Of a stretch of 64,000 nucleotides of DNA, positions 1-13,381 are shown one piece after another. Source of the DNA: Octopus vulgaris (lineage: Eukaryota); NCBI GenBank assembly GCA_951406725.2, contig OX597817.1, positions 125,240,001 through 125,304,000 of the forward strand, in the 5' to 3' direction. Under the pieces are notes generated by a model that did no database searches, had not been told where the DNA came from, and saw only the letters and a list, made by a program, of their open reading frames with translations. The first letter of the stretch is position 1. Each line of letters starts with the position of its first letter. A program made the translations under genes and the position numbers.

Positions 1-454
1 TACAGGAATGGTCACAAACACATTAACATGTACGCTAATACATTCATATGCAAGTATTGGCAAGTACATTCCTCTAAATTTATACATACCCATATTCACA
101 TATAGACACACACACACAGGCACACACAAATACACATACTCACACAGACACACATCTCACATATATACACACATATATACGTTATGGTACAAAGCACTAA
201 ATTCTTTAACTTTTACTTTTAAGTTAGTGCTTTGGTCATGAACAACACAATGGTTGGACATGTTTTCAAGGAAGTTTGCAAATAAATGAGATTGCCTATA
301 TTTGGTGCCATGTAGTGAGACTGAACCTGAAACCACTGGGTGAGAAGCACATTTCTAAAGCTCACAACTGCAAGTCAGGGGAAAGCTTTGCATTTTAATC
401 ATTAACTGTCAAGGTGGTGCTCCAGTACAGCTGCAATCCAATGAGGGTAAAAAC

Positions 455-779
455 TCCCTTTGGTCATGAATGACCATGGTATTACACCTAGAAAGTTCTT
501 TTCTGAGACACAAGTCCTGGCAAGGTTGTTTATGGAAGACCAGCAGTCGCCCATGTAGTCTCCCCTCTCTATGCCACTGATGCTAACCATGGGAAAGGTA
601 AAGGCTGATACAGCTTGCTACCAGTGACATAGCAACTCATTCTTACAGCTGAGTGAACTGGGGCAATGTGAAATAAAGTGTCTTGCTCAAAAGCACAGCA
701 CACAATCTGGTCTGGGAATTGAACTCTCTACCTCATGATTGTGAACCAATATTCAAACCACTGAGCCATGCACCTTCAC
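455..779 (-). mobile_element. tRNA-derived SINE with CORE-like central domain
   Basis: Minus strand begins GTGAAGGTGCATGGCTCAGTGGTT (A box), then GAGTTCAATTCC (B box), then TGAGCAAGACACTTTATTTCACATTGCCCAGTTCACTCAGCTG. Similar head and core at 14400 and 56295. Confidence 0.75.
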
Positions 780-1767
780 AGAAAATCCAATGAATGAAAG
801 ACGTAAAAAAATGAAGGAATAGCTTTCATAGGCTACTAATAGCTATGGTATATGTCTTATGTTACATTCCATATTTGATGAAATAATTAAAGCAATATAA
901 AACATTGACTAACATTAGATTACCCCTACCACATAATTATTTCTAGTTCACAATGATATTTAATACAAAGTGTATTAAAAATGTAACTAAACTATAGCTG
1001 ACATGTTTGAATTCTGACACAGTCACATTTGATTAGATAAATAATTATAATACACTCATTAGTATATAATTACAAAACTGACATCAACAATAAGTTTAAG
1101 CAAAAATGTAAAACAGATGCCCAGAAATAAAACTTACACATCCAGCAATGAAAAAAATAATGATGTTTGTAAACAAAGTGTCAATTAAATAGAAAGAAAA
1201 TAGAACACAAAGAAAAATACAATGTTATAAGTTAAACTGAACTTTCAGACTTGTGAATCATTTGAAGTGCATGAAAGAATTTGAAAGTGTAGATTTTAGA
1301 ATAAGATTAAAAGATGTGTTCCAGAGAATTTTTTTAAATGATGGTATATATACACTAATGTTATAGCTTAAAGTTGCTTCATTATAAAGAGATAATAAAA
1401 AGACATCTTTTGCTATACACGTTTGATTGCAAACATACGCTTTTGCATCCAAAATTGTTAGTTTTCCATGTAAAGTGTACTGGGAACTTTCAAACTTCCA
1501 TGCAAACTGTGCCCATAATTTTTTAATCTTTCATGTGAAATGCACCCATAATTTCTTCGTGTGAAGTGTACCATTAATATTTTTATTTCAGCTCTAGTAT
1601 GCCATGAAGTCAAAAGTTTTGAGAACCATTGCTCTATTACTTCTATCATCTCTTTTATAGTTTCTACTCCTTTAAATTAGCTAGGCTGTGCAATTTGATT
1701 CATAGCCTCTCCCTCTTTTCAGAATAATATAACTCTTTCAATTCTACACTAATTAGATGGCATTTGT

Positions 1768-1975
1768 TTATACAAGGAAGTGCTGAAAAGTTCCTGGTTT
1801 TGGGTAAAAGAAAATACAAGGAGGTCAGTTAACTATATGATTTTATTAAGCTTATTCCCCTTCTTAGATTCACACACTTATTGCAGCAGTCCACAAAAGA
1901 ACTTGCAAAGTTGGGTCTCCAACCAGGCCTTTTGTGATACCCTTAAAGCTGGGAACTTTTCAGCAACCCGTTATA
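1768..1975. mobile_element. mariner-derived MITE
   Basis: Imperfect TIRs TATACAAGGAAGTGCTGAAAAGTTCCTGG / CTGGGAACTTTTCAGCAACCCGTTATA with TA ends. The internal minus strand resembles a mariner transposase C-terminus (CNKCVNLRRG). Confidence 0.65.
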
Positions 1976-2631
1976 TATATTGCTCACATTTGTGAGCAAT
2001 ATCATAATTAGAAATTTGTGCTCAAATAAGATTCCAATAATCAATTGCTTTTTTCTCCATATCTCTAAACTTATATTCCAGAACTGCTGCCTTACAGAAC
2101 TCCCTACCTGTTCATACTCTTGTTGTTGTTTAACCCAAGTTGGCTTCAGCCAAATTAACACATGAGGAAGGCTTGCTTTGGAGGTGTAAAAACAACAGCA
2201 TGGTCACTGTTAACAATTTATATTTTTATTTTTTCATGTTGTTAATGTATATAGAACAATATTATTCAAGCCAATCAGTAGATAATTTTTTATAAGTCAT
2301 AATGTTATTTCTAGGAAAATTGTCTGCTATTCCTGGTAGGAACAACAACTACATACAGGGCTGTCACCTTTACTTTGGTTAAGAAGTTAACTGAAAATTT
2401 CAAGCCATGAAAAAATATGAGTATGTACTGTAAATAAATTTAAAAGAAATGAAAAAAGTAAATGAAAATAGCTTATCAATAAATTCCCTAAGGAGATAAA
2501 AGAAAAATGAAAGAAATCCCAAAAAATGACAATCAGAACAACTTCAACAGAAAAGACAAGAAAAAGAAGCAATGGTGATGAAAGGTGGGGATATATACAT
2601 ATACATACATACAAACATACATGCATTCATT

Positions 2632-2663
<32 letters not shown>

Positions 2664-2668
2664 TACAT

Positions 2669-2699
<31 letters not shown>

Positions 2700-3569
2700 C
2701 GACTGGTTTTTTTCTGTTTCCATCTGCCAAACCCATTCACAAGGCTTTGGTTAGCTTGAGATGATAGATAGGTAGATAGGCAGACAAGTACCAAACTCTC
2801 TGTCTGTCTGTCTCTCTCTCTGTATAGCTGGCCACTTTGTACCCAGAACAGAGGCCTTTGAACTCCTAAGGTAATAAACATGAAATAATACAATAGTTCC
2901 AGCCCAAAATAAATTTAACTTGTACTTTTAAAGATGTTCTTTAGGATAACGTGAAATATTGAACTTCAGACAGAATAAAGTAAAATATAGCTACGGATAA
3001 AAGGTACATAGGTTATGAATATTAATTGAAGGGATGAGGCCTCGAAATAAAATGTTGCAGGGGTGGGGGCTCTAAAAGTCATGCGATGGCCATAACTATA
3101 TAAAGGCTTCTTTACTGGCTTGCTGTTATATACCAGTTTGGAAAAAAACAAGCAGAAAACCAGTTACAAATTTTCCAGTTTGTTCTGTTTATTATATGGA
3201 TTTATAGTGCTAAATTATCCATTTCATTTAACCTTAAAACAGCTCATTATATACAGTATAACTTTCCACTACAGATTTATAAGTGCAGGTAGTAAGCAGT
3301 GCTTATTATACTATCTAAATTGGCATATAATCTTTTCTGCTTAGATTTCACAGAAATTAATTTGGCTTCCATAACTCTGAGTTTAGTGAAATAAGTACTA
3401 ATAATACATTGGTGTAGGAATGGCACTTGTGGCTAAGAAGTTCTATTCTAAACCATATGATTTTGTGTTCATCTTCACTGGGTGGTGCTTTGAGCATCTC
3501 CTACTACAGACCCAGGCTGGTCAAGAACGTATAAGTGGAATTGTTTGATGGAAAAGGAAACTAGTCTGT

Positions 3570-3824
3570 TATACACACATACATACATGCACGCATATAT
3601 ACATACATACATACATACATACATACATACATACATACATACATACATGCATGCATGCATACATACATACATACAAGCTGCCAGACGAGATGGTGAAGAT
3701 GCCGACGACCGCTTTGTTCAAAGCCTCCCTTGACCTCAAGTGGCCTGACTCTTTACATGAACACCACCCTGTACTTAACTCCATGTCCCCCTACATGGCC
3801 TTGCTATTTGCTTTTGAGCCAAAT

Positions 3825-3856
<32 letters not shown>

Positions 3857-3896
3857 ATACATACATACATACATACATACATACATACATACATAC
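3570..3896. repeat. (CATA)n microsatellite split by a LINE 3' end
   Basis: CATA arrays at about 3570-3673 and 3858-3896. Confidence 0.9.
3675..3857 (+). mobile_element. CR1-type LINE 3' end, heavily 5'-truncated, with (TAAC)n tail
   Basis: Translates KLPDEMVKMPTTALFKASLDLKW, matching the CR1 ORF2 C-terminal pattern N.LP..VV......FK..LD. Followed by a short UTR and (CTAA)n. Confidence 0.7.
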
Positions 3897-4423
3897 AGTA
3901 GTGTAGCCAAGTTCTAAAATTAAGGGGAGTGAGCATATGAAAAAAAAGTTGTTGAGACACATACCAAACAATTTTAAACTCATTTCTCTCATATTACATG
4001 GAATATTTCATTAGTTATAATATATACACTTTGTATTCTACATTCATTAATTTAATATTTCAGTAACAATATCATTATGTATGAAACTTACAACTACTGA
4101 TATGGGTGTGATGCTGAAAAAAGATGAAACTCCACGGGATCATCCAGTGTTGGGAGGTCATGTTGTCAGGGTTTGTTTTGGTTCTTCAGATGTCAGCTGC
4201 CACTGACACATCACAGGAGATTGAGCAGCCTGTTCAAAAACATGGATGGTTGGTCACACAAAAAGTTCTTAGGTCATGGCGATTACCAACAAAATGAGAT
4301 TTGGCTTTTTTCACACAAGTAAAGTAAAGAGTTGAAAAAAAAGTGTTGAAAAGGCATCAATTTTGAAAAATATGCCTGGGGAAAGCAATCACTCCTCTTG
4401 ATCCTACATTAGCAAAGCCACTG
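3896..4423. mobile_element. possible degenerate hAT-like non-autonomous element
   Basis: Weak terminal inverted similarity CAGTAGTGTAGCCA / TAGCAAAGCCACTG. Confidence 0.25.
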
Positions 4424-4586
4424 TATGTGTTTATATACACATACAATTTATATATATATGTGTATGTATACACATGTGTGCATGTGAGTGTTTGTGCCTC
4501 CTTGTCTTGCATAACAGTATTAGGTAAGTGTCATTGTTATACAAACAGTGTTATTCATTGCTAGTCTTTATAAAAATGTGTCCAAT

Positions 4587-4993
4587 AGGAGTGGCTGTGT
4601 GGTAAGTAGCTTGCTTACGAACCACATGGTTCCGGGTTCAGTCCCACTGCATGACACCTTGGGCAAGTGTCTCCTACTATAGCCTCGAGCCGACCAAAGC
4701 CTTGTGAGTGGATTTGGTAGACAGAAACTGGAAGAAGCCTGTCGTATAAATATGTGTGTGTATATATATATATATGTGTGAGTATATGTTTGTGCATCTG
4801 TGTTTGTCCCCACCAACATCGCTTGACAAATCGATGCTGGTATGTTTGAGTCCCCATAACTTAGCAGTTCGGCAAAAGAGACTGATAGAATAGGTACTAG
4901 GCTTACAAAGAATAAGTCCTGGGGTCGATTTGCTCGACTAAAGGCGGTGCTCTAGCATGGCCACAGTCAAATGACTGAAACAAGTAAAGAGTA
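4587..4993 (+). mobile_element. SINE family A (tRNA head, internal TA/TG microsatellite, GTAAAAGA-type tail)
   Basis: GGAGTGGCTGTGTGGTAAG...GGGTTCAGTCCCACTG head and ...GGCGGTGCTCTAGCATGGCCACAGTCAAATGACTGAAAC tail. At least 9 near-complete copies in the window. Confidence 0.9.
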
Positions 4994-6559
4994 ATCATGT
5001 GAAATGTTATTTTGCTTGGAAACAAGGGAACATTGGTGACAGGAAGAGCACCTGGCTGTATAAAATCTGCCTCATTCAAAACCTGACATAAACATAACAG
5101 CAATGATGACAATGATGGTGACAATGACGAATACATAAAGATTAGTTCTATCAACAGTTGTTTTCCATTTTTTTTTCTTTACCTTTTCCTGAAACTTGTG
5201 CTTATGTTGGAAATCAATGCTGGAACATACTAGTAATTACCAACAGAACATTTACCTTTAGATGCCACAGTATATTTTGGAAATCTTCTCTTGAAATAAT
5301 TACCAATACTTGACTAACAAAAGACTGCCGGAGCAAGTATTGCTATTTTTTGTTTCCTATGCAACATTAATAAACACACCATGAATACTTAGCAGTGACA
5401 AAAATATTCTAGTGAGATTCTTCAGAGAATTCTACAAAACTATTTCATTTCTAATTCACTGAAATATCTCCCCAACATTTCTTTTTTCTTTTTCCAGAAT
5501 CTAAGCAAACAATAATGTATAATCAAATTTCTTAAGCTAAAACAGAATAACAAACTGGTGCATCAGCTGTTGGTTTGAAATAAATTAATTTTTCTATGTG
5601 AGATTATAAAGCTTCATCATATAACAAAATGTCTCTGTGTTTCATATGTTTTAAAGTAGTTTTTTACAATTTTCTGAATCAAAAACAGCAATTACTAGTT
5701 CAATTCCATTAACAAGAGAAATAAATGAATAAGAATATTTTAATAATTCAGTGTATGAAAATGTCTAGCATCTAAGTCATCAATTGGTCGGGGGCTCTGA
5801 TTAAGTTTGCAATTGCAAATGAAACTAATGGAATCTACTAATTCTTAGATATTACACAGAATTGAACTCAAAAGCTGGAGGTGTAGGGGAAACATAATTG
5901 TTTTAGCTGTGAACTGAAACTGTGTCACTGAGTGCTTACTGCTATGCTGTTCTTTTATACAAATTAGTTGCCAGCATGTCTTATTTTAAGACAAAATAAA
6001 AGAGTTTGGAAAATCTTAAACATATTTATATGCACTCTTCAAATCCCAGTGTGCCCTAGCTAGGCCACAGCACAGCTGGTTAGAACTAGTAGAAAAATGT
6101 ATATATTGAATTGACAGGAAAAAAAGTCAGAAACAAACAAAACAACTATCATGTATAATTTATGAGATGAAATACTGTGATAAGAATAGAATTTTCCAGG
6201 AATCTTGAAACTATAATTAAAATCAAAAATAAAATTTCTAAGTTAGATCCTAGCCTTGGAGCAATGTATATGTGTTGGAAATAGGGCTCCCTTTGATAAT
6301 GAACAGAGAGCAAACAGAGAGAAAAATAAAAATAGGATATATATAAAATCCAAAGAGCTGAGATATATTGTCTGAAAATATCAATTATTGATAAATGATA
6401 TTACAAAAATATCAACTAAGAAATTTGATTAATATAAACAAGGTATGTCATTGAAATGTTTATTTGGAATGTCTATAAAAATACTGCATGATAATAATTC
6501 TTGTTAAAAGGCCCTGCAGTGCAATGGATGGCACCAATTGCTGAAGTTCTTAATTCCAG

Positions 6560-6670
6560 CTATTGAGGAGATATAACAAAGAGAACACAAAAGTGCACAT
6601 GAGAGGCGTCGCTTCTCCATTGCATCAAGTAGCTTCACCTGCAGCAGGTGTCATCCCTGCTGCAGATCAA
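6560..6670 (+). CDS. candidate isolated 111-bp internal exon, product unknown
   Basis: Acceptor TTCTTAATTCCAG and donor CAA|GTGAGT. Open phase-0 frame LLRRYNKENTKVHMRGVASPLHQVASPAAGVIPAADQ, locally higher GC. No recognised homology. Confidence 0.25.
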
Positions 6671-6774
6671 GTGAGTCTGCCAGAAATGAATACAGAACAA
6701 GAATAGTCAACATTGACTTATGACAGACAGTTGGAAAAGTACAAGAAGCATTTAATCAAAAAGCTTGTAGTTCT

Positions 6775-7450
6775 ATGGGGAGGAGATTAGTTGGTAGATG
6801 GCCCCCACCCCTCAACATCGGATTGGTACTTTGTTATATTGACACTGGAAGAATGAAAAACAAAGTCGACCGTAATGGTATTTTGAACTCCGAATGGGAA
6901 GGTCGGCAACAAATACTGCAGGGCATTTTGTCTGATACAGTAATGATTCTACCAATCCACAACTAAATGGCATGATAATAATGATTCCTAACATAGCTGC
7001 ATGGCCTAAAATGTGGGTGGAGAATGAGCAGCGCCAATTCAATTTGCCCTAGAACATGACTATTAATTATTTTATGCATTCTTGGATGATGAAAGGTAGA
7101 ATTAACCTTGGTGGGATTTAAATGCTGAATGTTAAGTTAATACAACTAAAGACCACAAACAAGGCATTTTCCCTATCCTTCAATTAATTCTGCAAATTCA
7201 TTGCCAGCCCACTGCTTTCATCCATGAATATCAATAACATTATTGATAAAGATGTTTACAAAGGCCCAAAACCCTTTATGGTAAGAGTTGACTGTGTCAA
7301 CAACAGCACTTGACAGTTATTTATTTGATAGGCTCTATAAGACTAAAAGGTGAGGCCGACCTGTGGGAGTGTGGATTTGAACTCAGAATTTAAAGGTTAG
7401 TAACTAATTACAGTAAACCATTTTGTCAAGTATTCAGCCAATACTGCTAC
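6775..7450 (-). mobile_element. cluster of old degenerate SINE family B copies
   Basis: Repeated decayed GATGAAAGGCAAAGTCGAC...ATTTGAACTCAGAA motifs. Confidence 0.55.
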
Positions 7451-8394
7451 CCAGCAGCACCACCACCACCAACAACAAGAGGACAATAACAACAGCACCA
7501 ATACCATTTCAACCACCACAAACAACATTGCCATCATCATTGCATTTATATTTGCTTTCTCCACGTAGGCATTGGTTTGCTAAGTCTTATTGAGGCAGTA
7601 TTTTATCTCCAGTTACTCTTCCTATCACCAGCATTTATTACGCACTGTGGTCGATGTAATCGACTTAATACCTATGTCTGTCCTTGTTTGTCCCCTCTAT
7701 GTTTAGCCCCTTGTGGGTAATAAAGAAATAGGTATACAAACAAAACCAACAAAAACACTGAGAAGTGGGATGCATTATTTGAAGCAGATATAAAAGAATA
7801 CAAATGTTGTTGTTAAGCAACAAGATGGGTAAGGGTGATTAGATGATGGTCTAGGGCTTAGGGGCGGGAGACACCAGACCTTGGAAAAAAAGAAACTTTG
7901 GTTGTCTTGTTGTAGTTGAATGCTCATCGTTGACGCCCGACACCACTAGGAGATGGCCCTCGAAGTTGCTGGAAATGGAGATCTCCAGGCCCAAATTCTT
8001 GAACAGCGGTTTTGATGCTGGACACATATGGAAACAGACTTCGTCTCTCTTTCACTCTCTCTCTCTCTTTCTTCTCTTTCTCTCTCTCTCAATCTTGCTC
8101 TTTCTTACACACACACACACATGCACATACAGTAGGAGTCTGCACAATTTCTGTCTACCAAATTTCAGTCATAAGGCATTAACTAGTCCAAGGCTTATAG
8201 CAAAATTCAGTTACCCATAGCCCCATGTTGTCAGATGGAACCTGAACTAACATTAATTACCCCAGCTTGTAAGCGTGTCAGTGACTGAGAGATACAGACA
8301 CAGTTACAAACATGTGTTAGTTAAGTTAATCAACTTCAATGCTCTATTATCATTTTATTGACTGCAGAAGAACGAAAGACAAAAGTCAAATTGA

Positions 8395-8590
8395 TTTCAA
8401 ATTTCGGAACGAGGCCAGCAATTTTGGGGGAAGGGGTAAGTGAATTACATTGATCCCAGTGCCCAACTGGTACTTATTTTATCAACCCAAAAAAGGATGA
8501 AAAGGAATTTGTAGTCAGAACATAAAGATGGACAAAATGCTTCTAAGCATTATGCCTGCCATTCTAAGCATTCTACCAGCCCACTGCTTT
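8395..8590 (-). mobile_element. SINE family B, degenerate
   Basis: AGGCCAGCAATTTTGGGGG...CCCAGTGCCCAACTGGTACTTATTTTATC...GGATGAAA. Confidence 0.65.
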
Positions 8591-8739
8591 GACATAATAT
8601 AATATAACAAGGCATTTTGTGTCTTTCACATTATGAACATTGTTGTCATTCATCCTGCAGAAATAATGATCACTTTGTTATGTTGCATCACAAGTCATAT
8701 CTCAGCTAGATATAATCAAATATGAACAAATATTTTGTA

Positions 8740-9120
8740 GGCAGAGGAGCGGCTGTGTGGTAAGTAGCTTGCTTATCAACCACATAGTTCCGGGTTCAGT
8801 CCCACTGCATGGCACCTTGGGCAAGTGTCTTCTACTATAGCCTCGGGCCGACCAAAGCCTTGTGAAACTGAAAGAAGCCCATCATATATATGTATATGCG
8901 TGTGTTTATGTGTCTGTGTTTGTCCCCCCAACATCGTTTGACAACCAATGCTGGTGTGTTTACATCCCTGTAACTTGGCAGTTCGGCAAAAGAGACCAAT
9001 AGAATAAGTACTAGGCTTACAAAGAATAATTCCTGGGGTCAATTTGCTCGACTAAAGGTGGTGCTTCAGTATGGCTGCTGTCAAATGACTGAAACAAGTT
9101 AAAGAGAGTAAAAGAGTAAA
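8740..9120 (+). mobile_element. SINE family A
   Basis: Same head, body and tail as the 4587 and 62868 copies. Confidence 0.9.
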
Positions 9121-9288
9121 ATAAGGATTCTGATTCTTAGTTGGTGATGGTCTCAGCCAATGGACCATGGATCATTTAGCATTAGCTTACACTGAAAGAA
9201 TATAATTTTAAATCATATTTCTATTTTAATGACTGTTGCATTCTGTAGGATGTTTTTGTATTATGTATGTATTATATATGTAATAATA

Positions 9289-9655
9289 AGGCTGTGAGCT
9301 GGTAGAAACGTTAGCATACTGGGCGAAATTCTTAGCGGTATTTTGCCTGCTGTTACGTTCTGAGTTCAAATTGCCTTTCATCCTTTTAGGGTCGATAAAT
9401 TAAGTACCAGTTATGCACTGGGGTGGATGTTATCGACTTACTCCATTTGTCTGTCCTTGTTTGTTCCCTCTGTGTCTAGCCCTTTGTGGGTAGTAAAGAA
9501 ATAAGTATTTCATCTGTCTTTACATTCTGAGTTCCAAATTCCACCAAAATTGCCTTTCATCCTTTTGAGGTCAATAAATTAAGTATCAGTCACATACTGG
9601 GGTCGATCTAATTGATTGGCCCACTCCCAACATATTTCAGGCCTATAGTAGGAAA
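9289..9655 (+). mobile_element. two tandem SINE family B copies
   Basis: GGCTGTGAGCTGGTAGAAACGTTAGC...GAGTTCAAAT...GCCTTTCATCCTTTTAGGGTCGATAAATTAAGTACCAG, then a second partial copy from about 9506. Confidence 0.85.
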
Positions 9656-10794
9656 GAAAGGATTACATACATAGTAATTAAATTGTATATTGTGAATTAT
9701 ATAATATTCACTTTATTGTGTTTTTGTTATGCACATGATACCATAGTCCATGGAAAAAGACTTATGCAAAAGTGCTCCGCAGTGAAAAAATGTCTGGTGA
9801 CATTACCTGGTAATGAGATTCTGTGTATTTCATACCATTCTCAAAGACATTGAGGAAGTAAGTAACTGAAGTAAAACAGCTCCAGCTAGGAATTGAAATC
9901 CAACTTACTTCTAATGTGAGAAAAGAAAGAGAGGATGGAAGAGAGAGAGAGAGAGAGGAAATAATGAATCAGACGGATAGAGACAGTTATAGAGAGTTCG
10001 ATGGATATAAAGAGAGAGAATGAGACAGGGAAATGATCTGACAGACAGATATATACACATATGTACACAAATACACACACACACACACACACACACACTT
10101 ATAAAACAATTGTTGTGCCACTATGAGTGAAGGAAATTAATCTATTGGTTGTCAGGCTACTACATGTGTGTGTGTATGTGTGTATCTGTGTGCATGTGTG
10201 TGTGTGTGTTTTAATGTCTCAAGTATGCTACAAATGATTCTTTACTTTCTGTTTCCTCAGAAAAATCTTATATAATGTCAGCTTGAACAATAGTTTTGCT
10301 TTTGTCTGAAACTTTTCCGAGCAAATTGTTGTAAATGTCTCGAAACAGTTTAGAAATCTACCCCCACCTCTCTCTCTCTCTCCTTCTCTCTCTCTCTCTC
10401 TCACACACTCACACTTTTTCATTCTCATTTTCTGCCCATCCCCAACCACAAGCTTTTTCTCATCTTCCTAACAGAATGAACTCAAATATATATTTTGGTT
10501 GATTAATTTTGCTCTGGAAAAACTTTTCTTCCATACAACTTGATCTGAATATCAGCTAATAATGTTGAACAATTTATAGCAATTCGTAATATACAAAAGA
10601 TCTAAATAAAAAAAAGATAAACAAAAGTAAAATAAATAAAAGATGCCCTCATATTCTTTCCATTGTATTTTGATAGGGTTAGACAGTAGGAAACATAACA
10701 TTTTATATACCTATACTTTTTCCCCTATTGCAAGTTGAAAGCAAACTCGCCATAATTTGATTTTTATGTCTTTTAGTATGTGAGGGATTGCACA

Positions 10795-10889
10795 AGCATG
10801 TATATGTGTGTACATGCAGGTGTGTATGTGTATGAGCATATGTGTATTACATTCGCATACACATATATCTGGACATACATACATACATG

Positions 10890-10955
<66 letters not shown>

Positions 10956-10982
10956 TACATACATACACACACACATATATAT

Positions 10983-11031
<49 letters not shown>

Positions 11032-11080
11032 TACACACACACATATATATATATATATATACATATATACATACACACAC

Positions 11081-11124
<44 letters not shown>

Positions 11125-11133
11125 TACATACAT

Positions 11134-11192
<59 letters not shown>
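10795..11192. repeat. compound (TA)n/(CA)n/(TACA)n microsatellite
   Basis: Direct inspection; source of the YI-rich ORFs. Confidence 0.95.
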
Positions 11193-11193
<1 letters not shown>

Positions 11194-11371
11194 GTCACTG
11201 TGTAGCTTAAAAGTTCACTTTGCAGCCACATAGTTTCGTGTTCAGCACCGTTGTATAGCACCTCAGCATGACCAATGTCTTGTAAATGAAATTTGGTGGA
11301 TACTAACTGTGTGGAAGCTGGTCACACATGTGTGCGCACATGCACACACACACACACACACAACACCAGAA

Positions 11372-12270
11372 TTAGTGTGCGAGAGAGAAGACTGAACTGA
11401 TATGGTCATGTGATATGTATGGAAGAAGACAGCTGCATACAGAAATGCCAATATCACTAAATTTGGTAGGGGACCTGTGGAAGAGAAATATCTAGAAAGG
11501 TGTGGGACAAAATGCAGAAAAAAATATGATCTTCAGATGTCGAACATCATGAAGGAGACAACGAAGAAGGGACTTGATTGACAATATATTGTGCATTCCA
11601 GCGGTGGTGCCCCAGCATGGCCGTGGCCTTTGGGATAAAACATTTTAAGGATTTAAGGATTAAAAAACTCATTCAGTTAAGTAAAATTGAAGCCCTAAAG
11701 TTATGTCCCTTATGTTCATGCTCCTACACACAAATCAACCCCTGACAAACCTAAAATCCAACAACCAATCTTCCTAAAACCACACCACTCCTTTTCATCC
11801 AGATCACCACCAGCTGCATTTCACTCCACTCTATCTCCCACTCTCTCTTCACATCCTTGTGAACCTGAGTCAACACAATGTGTTCATGATGAATCTCTTG
11901 CCCATGACATATCCTCCTAACATTGTCTCTCGCACTCCTTTTGCAATCTCAAGACCTTACCCACCCACTCCCTGTAATATCACTGTACTCCACCCCTGCC
12001 ATCACATGTTCACCATCCTCTCTCTCTCTCTTTTTCTTTCTCCATCTGAAATTGCTAGGTATCTCCTCTACTGCTAGACACCTATTTCTGTCTCCTCTGT
12101 TCCAAACTCTCATCACCTGGTATAAAGCCACCTTGTTCAGTTGAGGTGTGTCGTCTTGCAAGCTACATGGTGACCTTGCTGTTGCTGCTACACTCTAAGA
12201 AGGGGTTGACATTAGGAAGGGCATCCAGCCATAGAAACCACGCCAAAAACAGACTGTAGAGCTTGGCACA
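11372..12270 (+). mobile_element. RTE-type LINE 3' fragment, degenerate
   Basis: ERRLN*YGHVICMEEDSCIQKC (RRL.W.GHV.RM motif) and GTCGREISRKVWD. The 3' motif TTAGGAAGGGCATCCAGCCATAGAAAC is shared with 19107, 47578 and 63523. Confidence 0.65.
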
Positions 12271-12439
12271 AAACATACATATTGCACAGGCACTGACTTC
12301 ATATACTGCACACATACGCACATACATGCTAAAGTACCCTATTGAAGTTGTTGAAATTCCAATGAAGACACCTTGAATCTCAGGTTAGAAACTGGCTCAT
12401 TCTCTATTGGCAAAAAATCTTGAAATAAAACTGAATAAT

Positions 12440-12734
12440 GACATACATACATAGATATATACATACATACATGCATACATACATATGCACATACATACAT
12501 GCATATGTATGTATGTATTTACATACATACACACACACGAATGCATACACACATGCATACATACGCACAAATACATACATATACACAAATACATACATAC
12601 ATATACACAAATACACACACACATACATATATGCACATATGTATGCATGCACACACATATACACACACACACACACACGTGCACACATACATACATACAT
12701 ACGTACATACATACATACATACATACATACATAC
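12440..12734. repeat. (CATA)n/(CA)n microsatellite
   Basis: Direct inspection. Confidence 0.95.
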
Positions 12735-12919
12735 AGGTTGTTATTTTAAAGCTAGTTTCAGCATAGCTCTAGGGCATACACTAATGGAGTGGATGAATGC
12801 TGACTGTAGAGTGAAATTTAATAAAAGTTCATGATTTCAGGGACTTCAAGTTTTCCCTATTAGTTTTTTCCGCAAACAGTCTTGCTATATTTTCTGGTAT
12901 TAATATACGAAATGCCTCA

Positions 12920-13158
12920 AGGCGGTGAGCTGGCAGAGTCGTTAGCATGCCAGGCAAAATGCCTAATGGTATTTCATCTGCCTTTACATTCTGAGTTCAA
13001 ATTCCACCGAGGTCAACTTTGCCTTTCATCCTTTTGGGGTCAATTAAATAAGTACCAGTTATGCAATGGGGTCGATGTAATTGACTTAATCCCTTTATTT
13101 GCCCTTCTTTGTCCCTTCTATGTTTAGCCCCTTGTGGGCAATAAAAAATAAATATAGG
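12920..13158 (+). mobile_element. SINE family B, full length
   Basis: GGCGGTGAGCTGGCAGAG...GAGTTCAAATTCC...GCCTTTCATCCTTTTGGGGTCAATTAAATAAGTACCAG...CCCCTTGTGGGCAATAAA. Confidence 0.9.
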
Positions 13159-13284
13159 AAACGCCTCATCAAAAATAGGAGTGTATTGATATTGTTTTGT
13201 GTTTGTTGTAAAACTTACGAAAGGGAATCTTTATTTACATTATTTACAATTGACAGATATTTGTCCTCATCTTGTTTGTTGTTA

Positions 13285-13324
13285 ACACAACATTTCAGCT
13301 GATATACCCTCCAGCCTTCATCAG
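13285..13324 (-). ncRNA. minimal hammerhead ribozyme-like motif (PLE type), degenerate
   Basis: CTGATGA-A-GGCTG gagggtatat CAGCT-GAAA-TGTTG. Stem II pairs; stem I is not evident in this copy. Confidence 0.5.
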
Positions 13325-13381
13325 AAATTTTGAACCAGAGTTTCAAGGTATTTTTTGATGTTATTAATATTATTATTATTC

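Noticed and set aside
4568-4857. Recurring ORFs such as QIHSQGFGRPEAIVEDTCPRCHAVGLNPEPCG
   Set aside because: Antisense frames of SINE family A, not a gene family.
10711-11233. Long YI/HT/CV-rich ORFs here and at 12.4, 15.7, 19.8, 27.2 and 57.8 kb
   Set aside because: Translations of dinucleotide and tetranucleotide microsatellites, open in several frames.
12355-12400. CCAATGAAG...ACCT/AGGT..GAAACTGG as a hammerhead
   Set aside because: Lacks the CTGA core and stem I; at most a decayed remnant.
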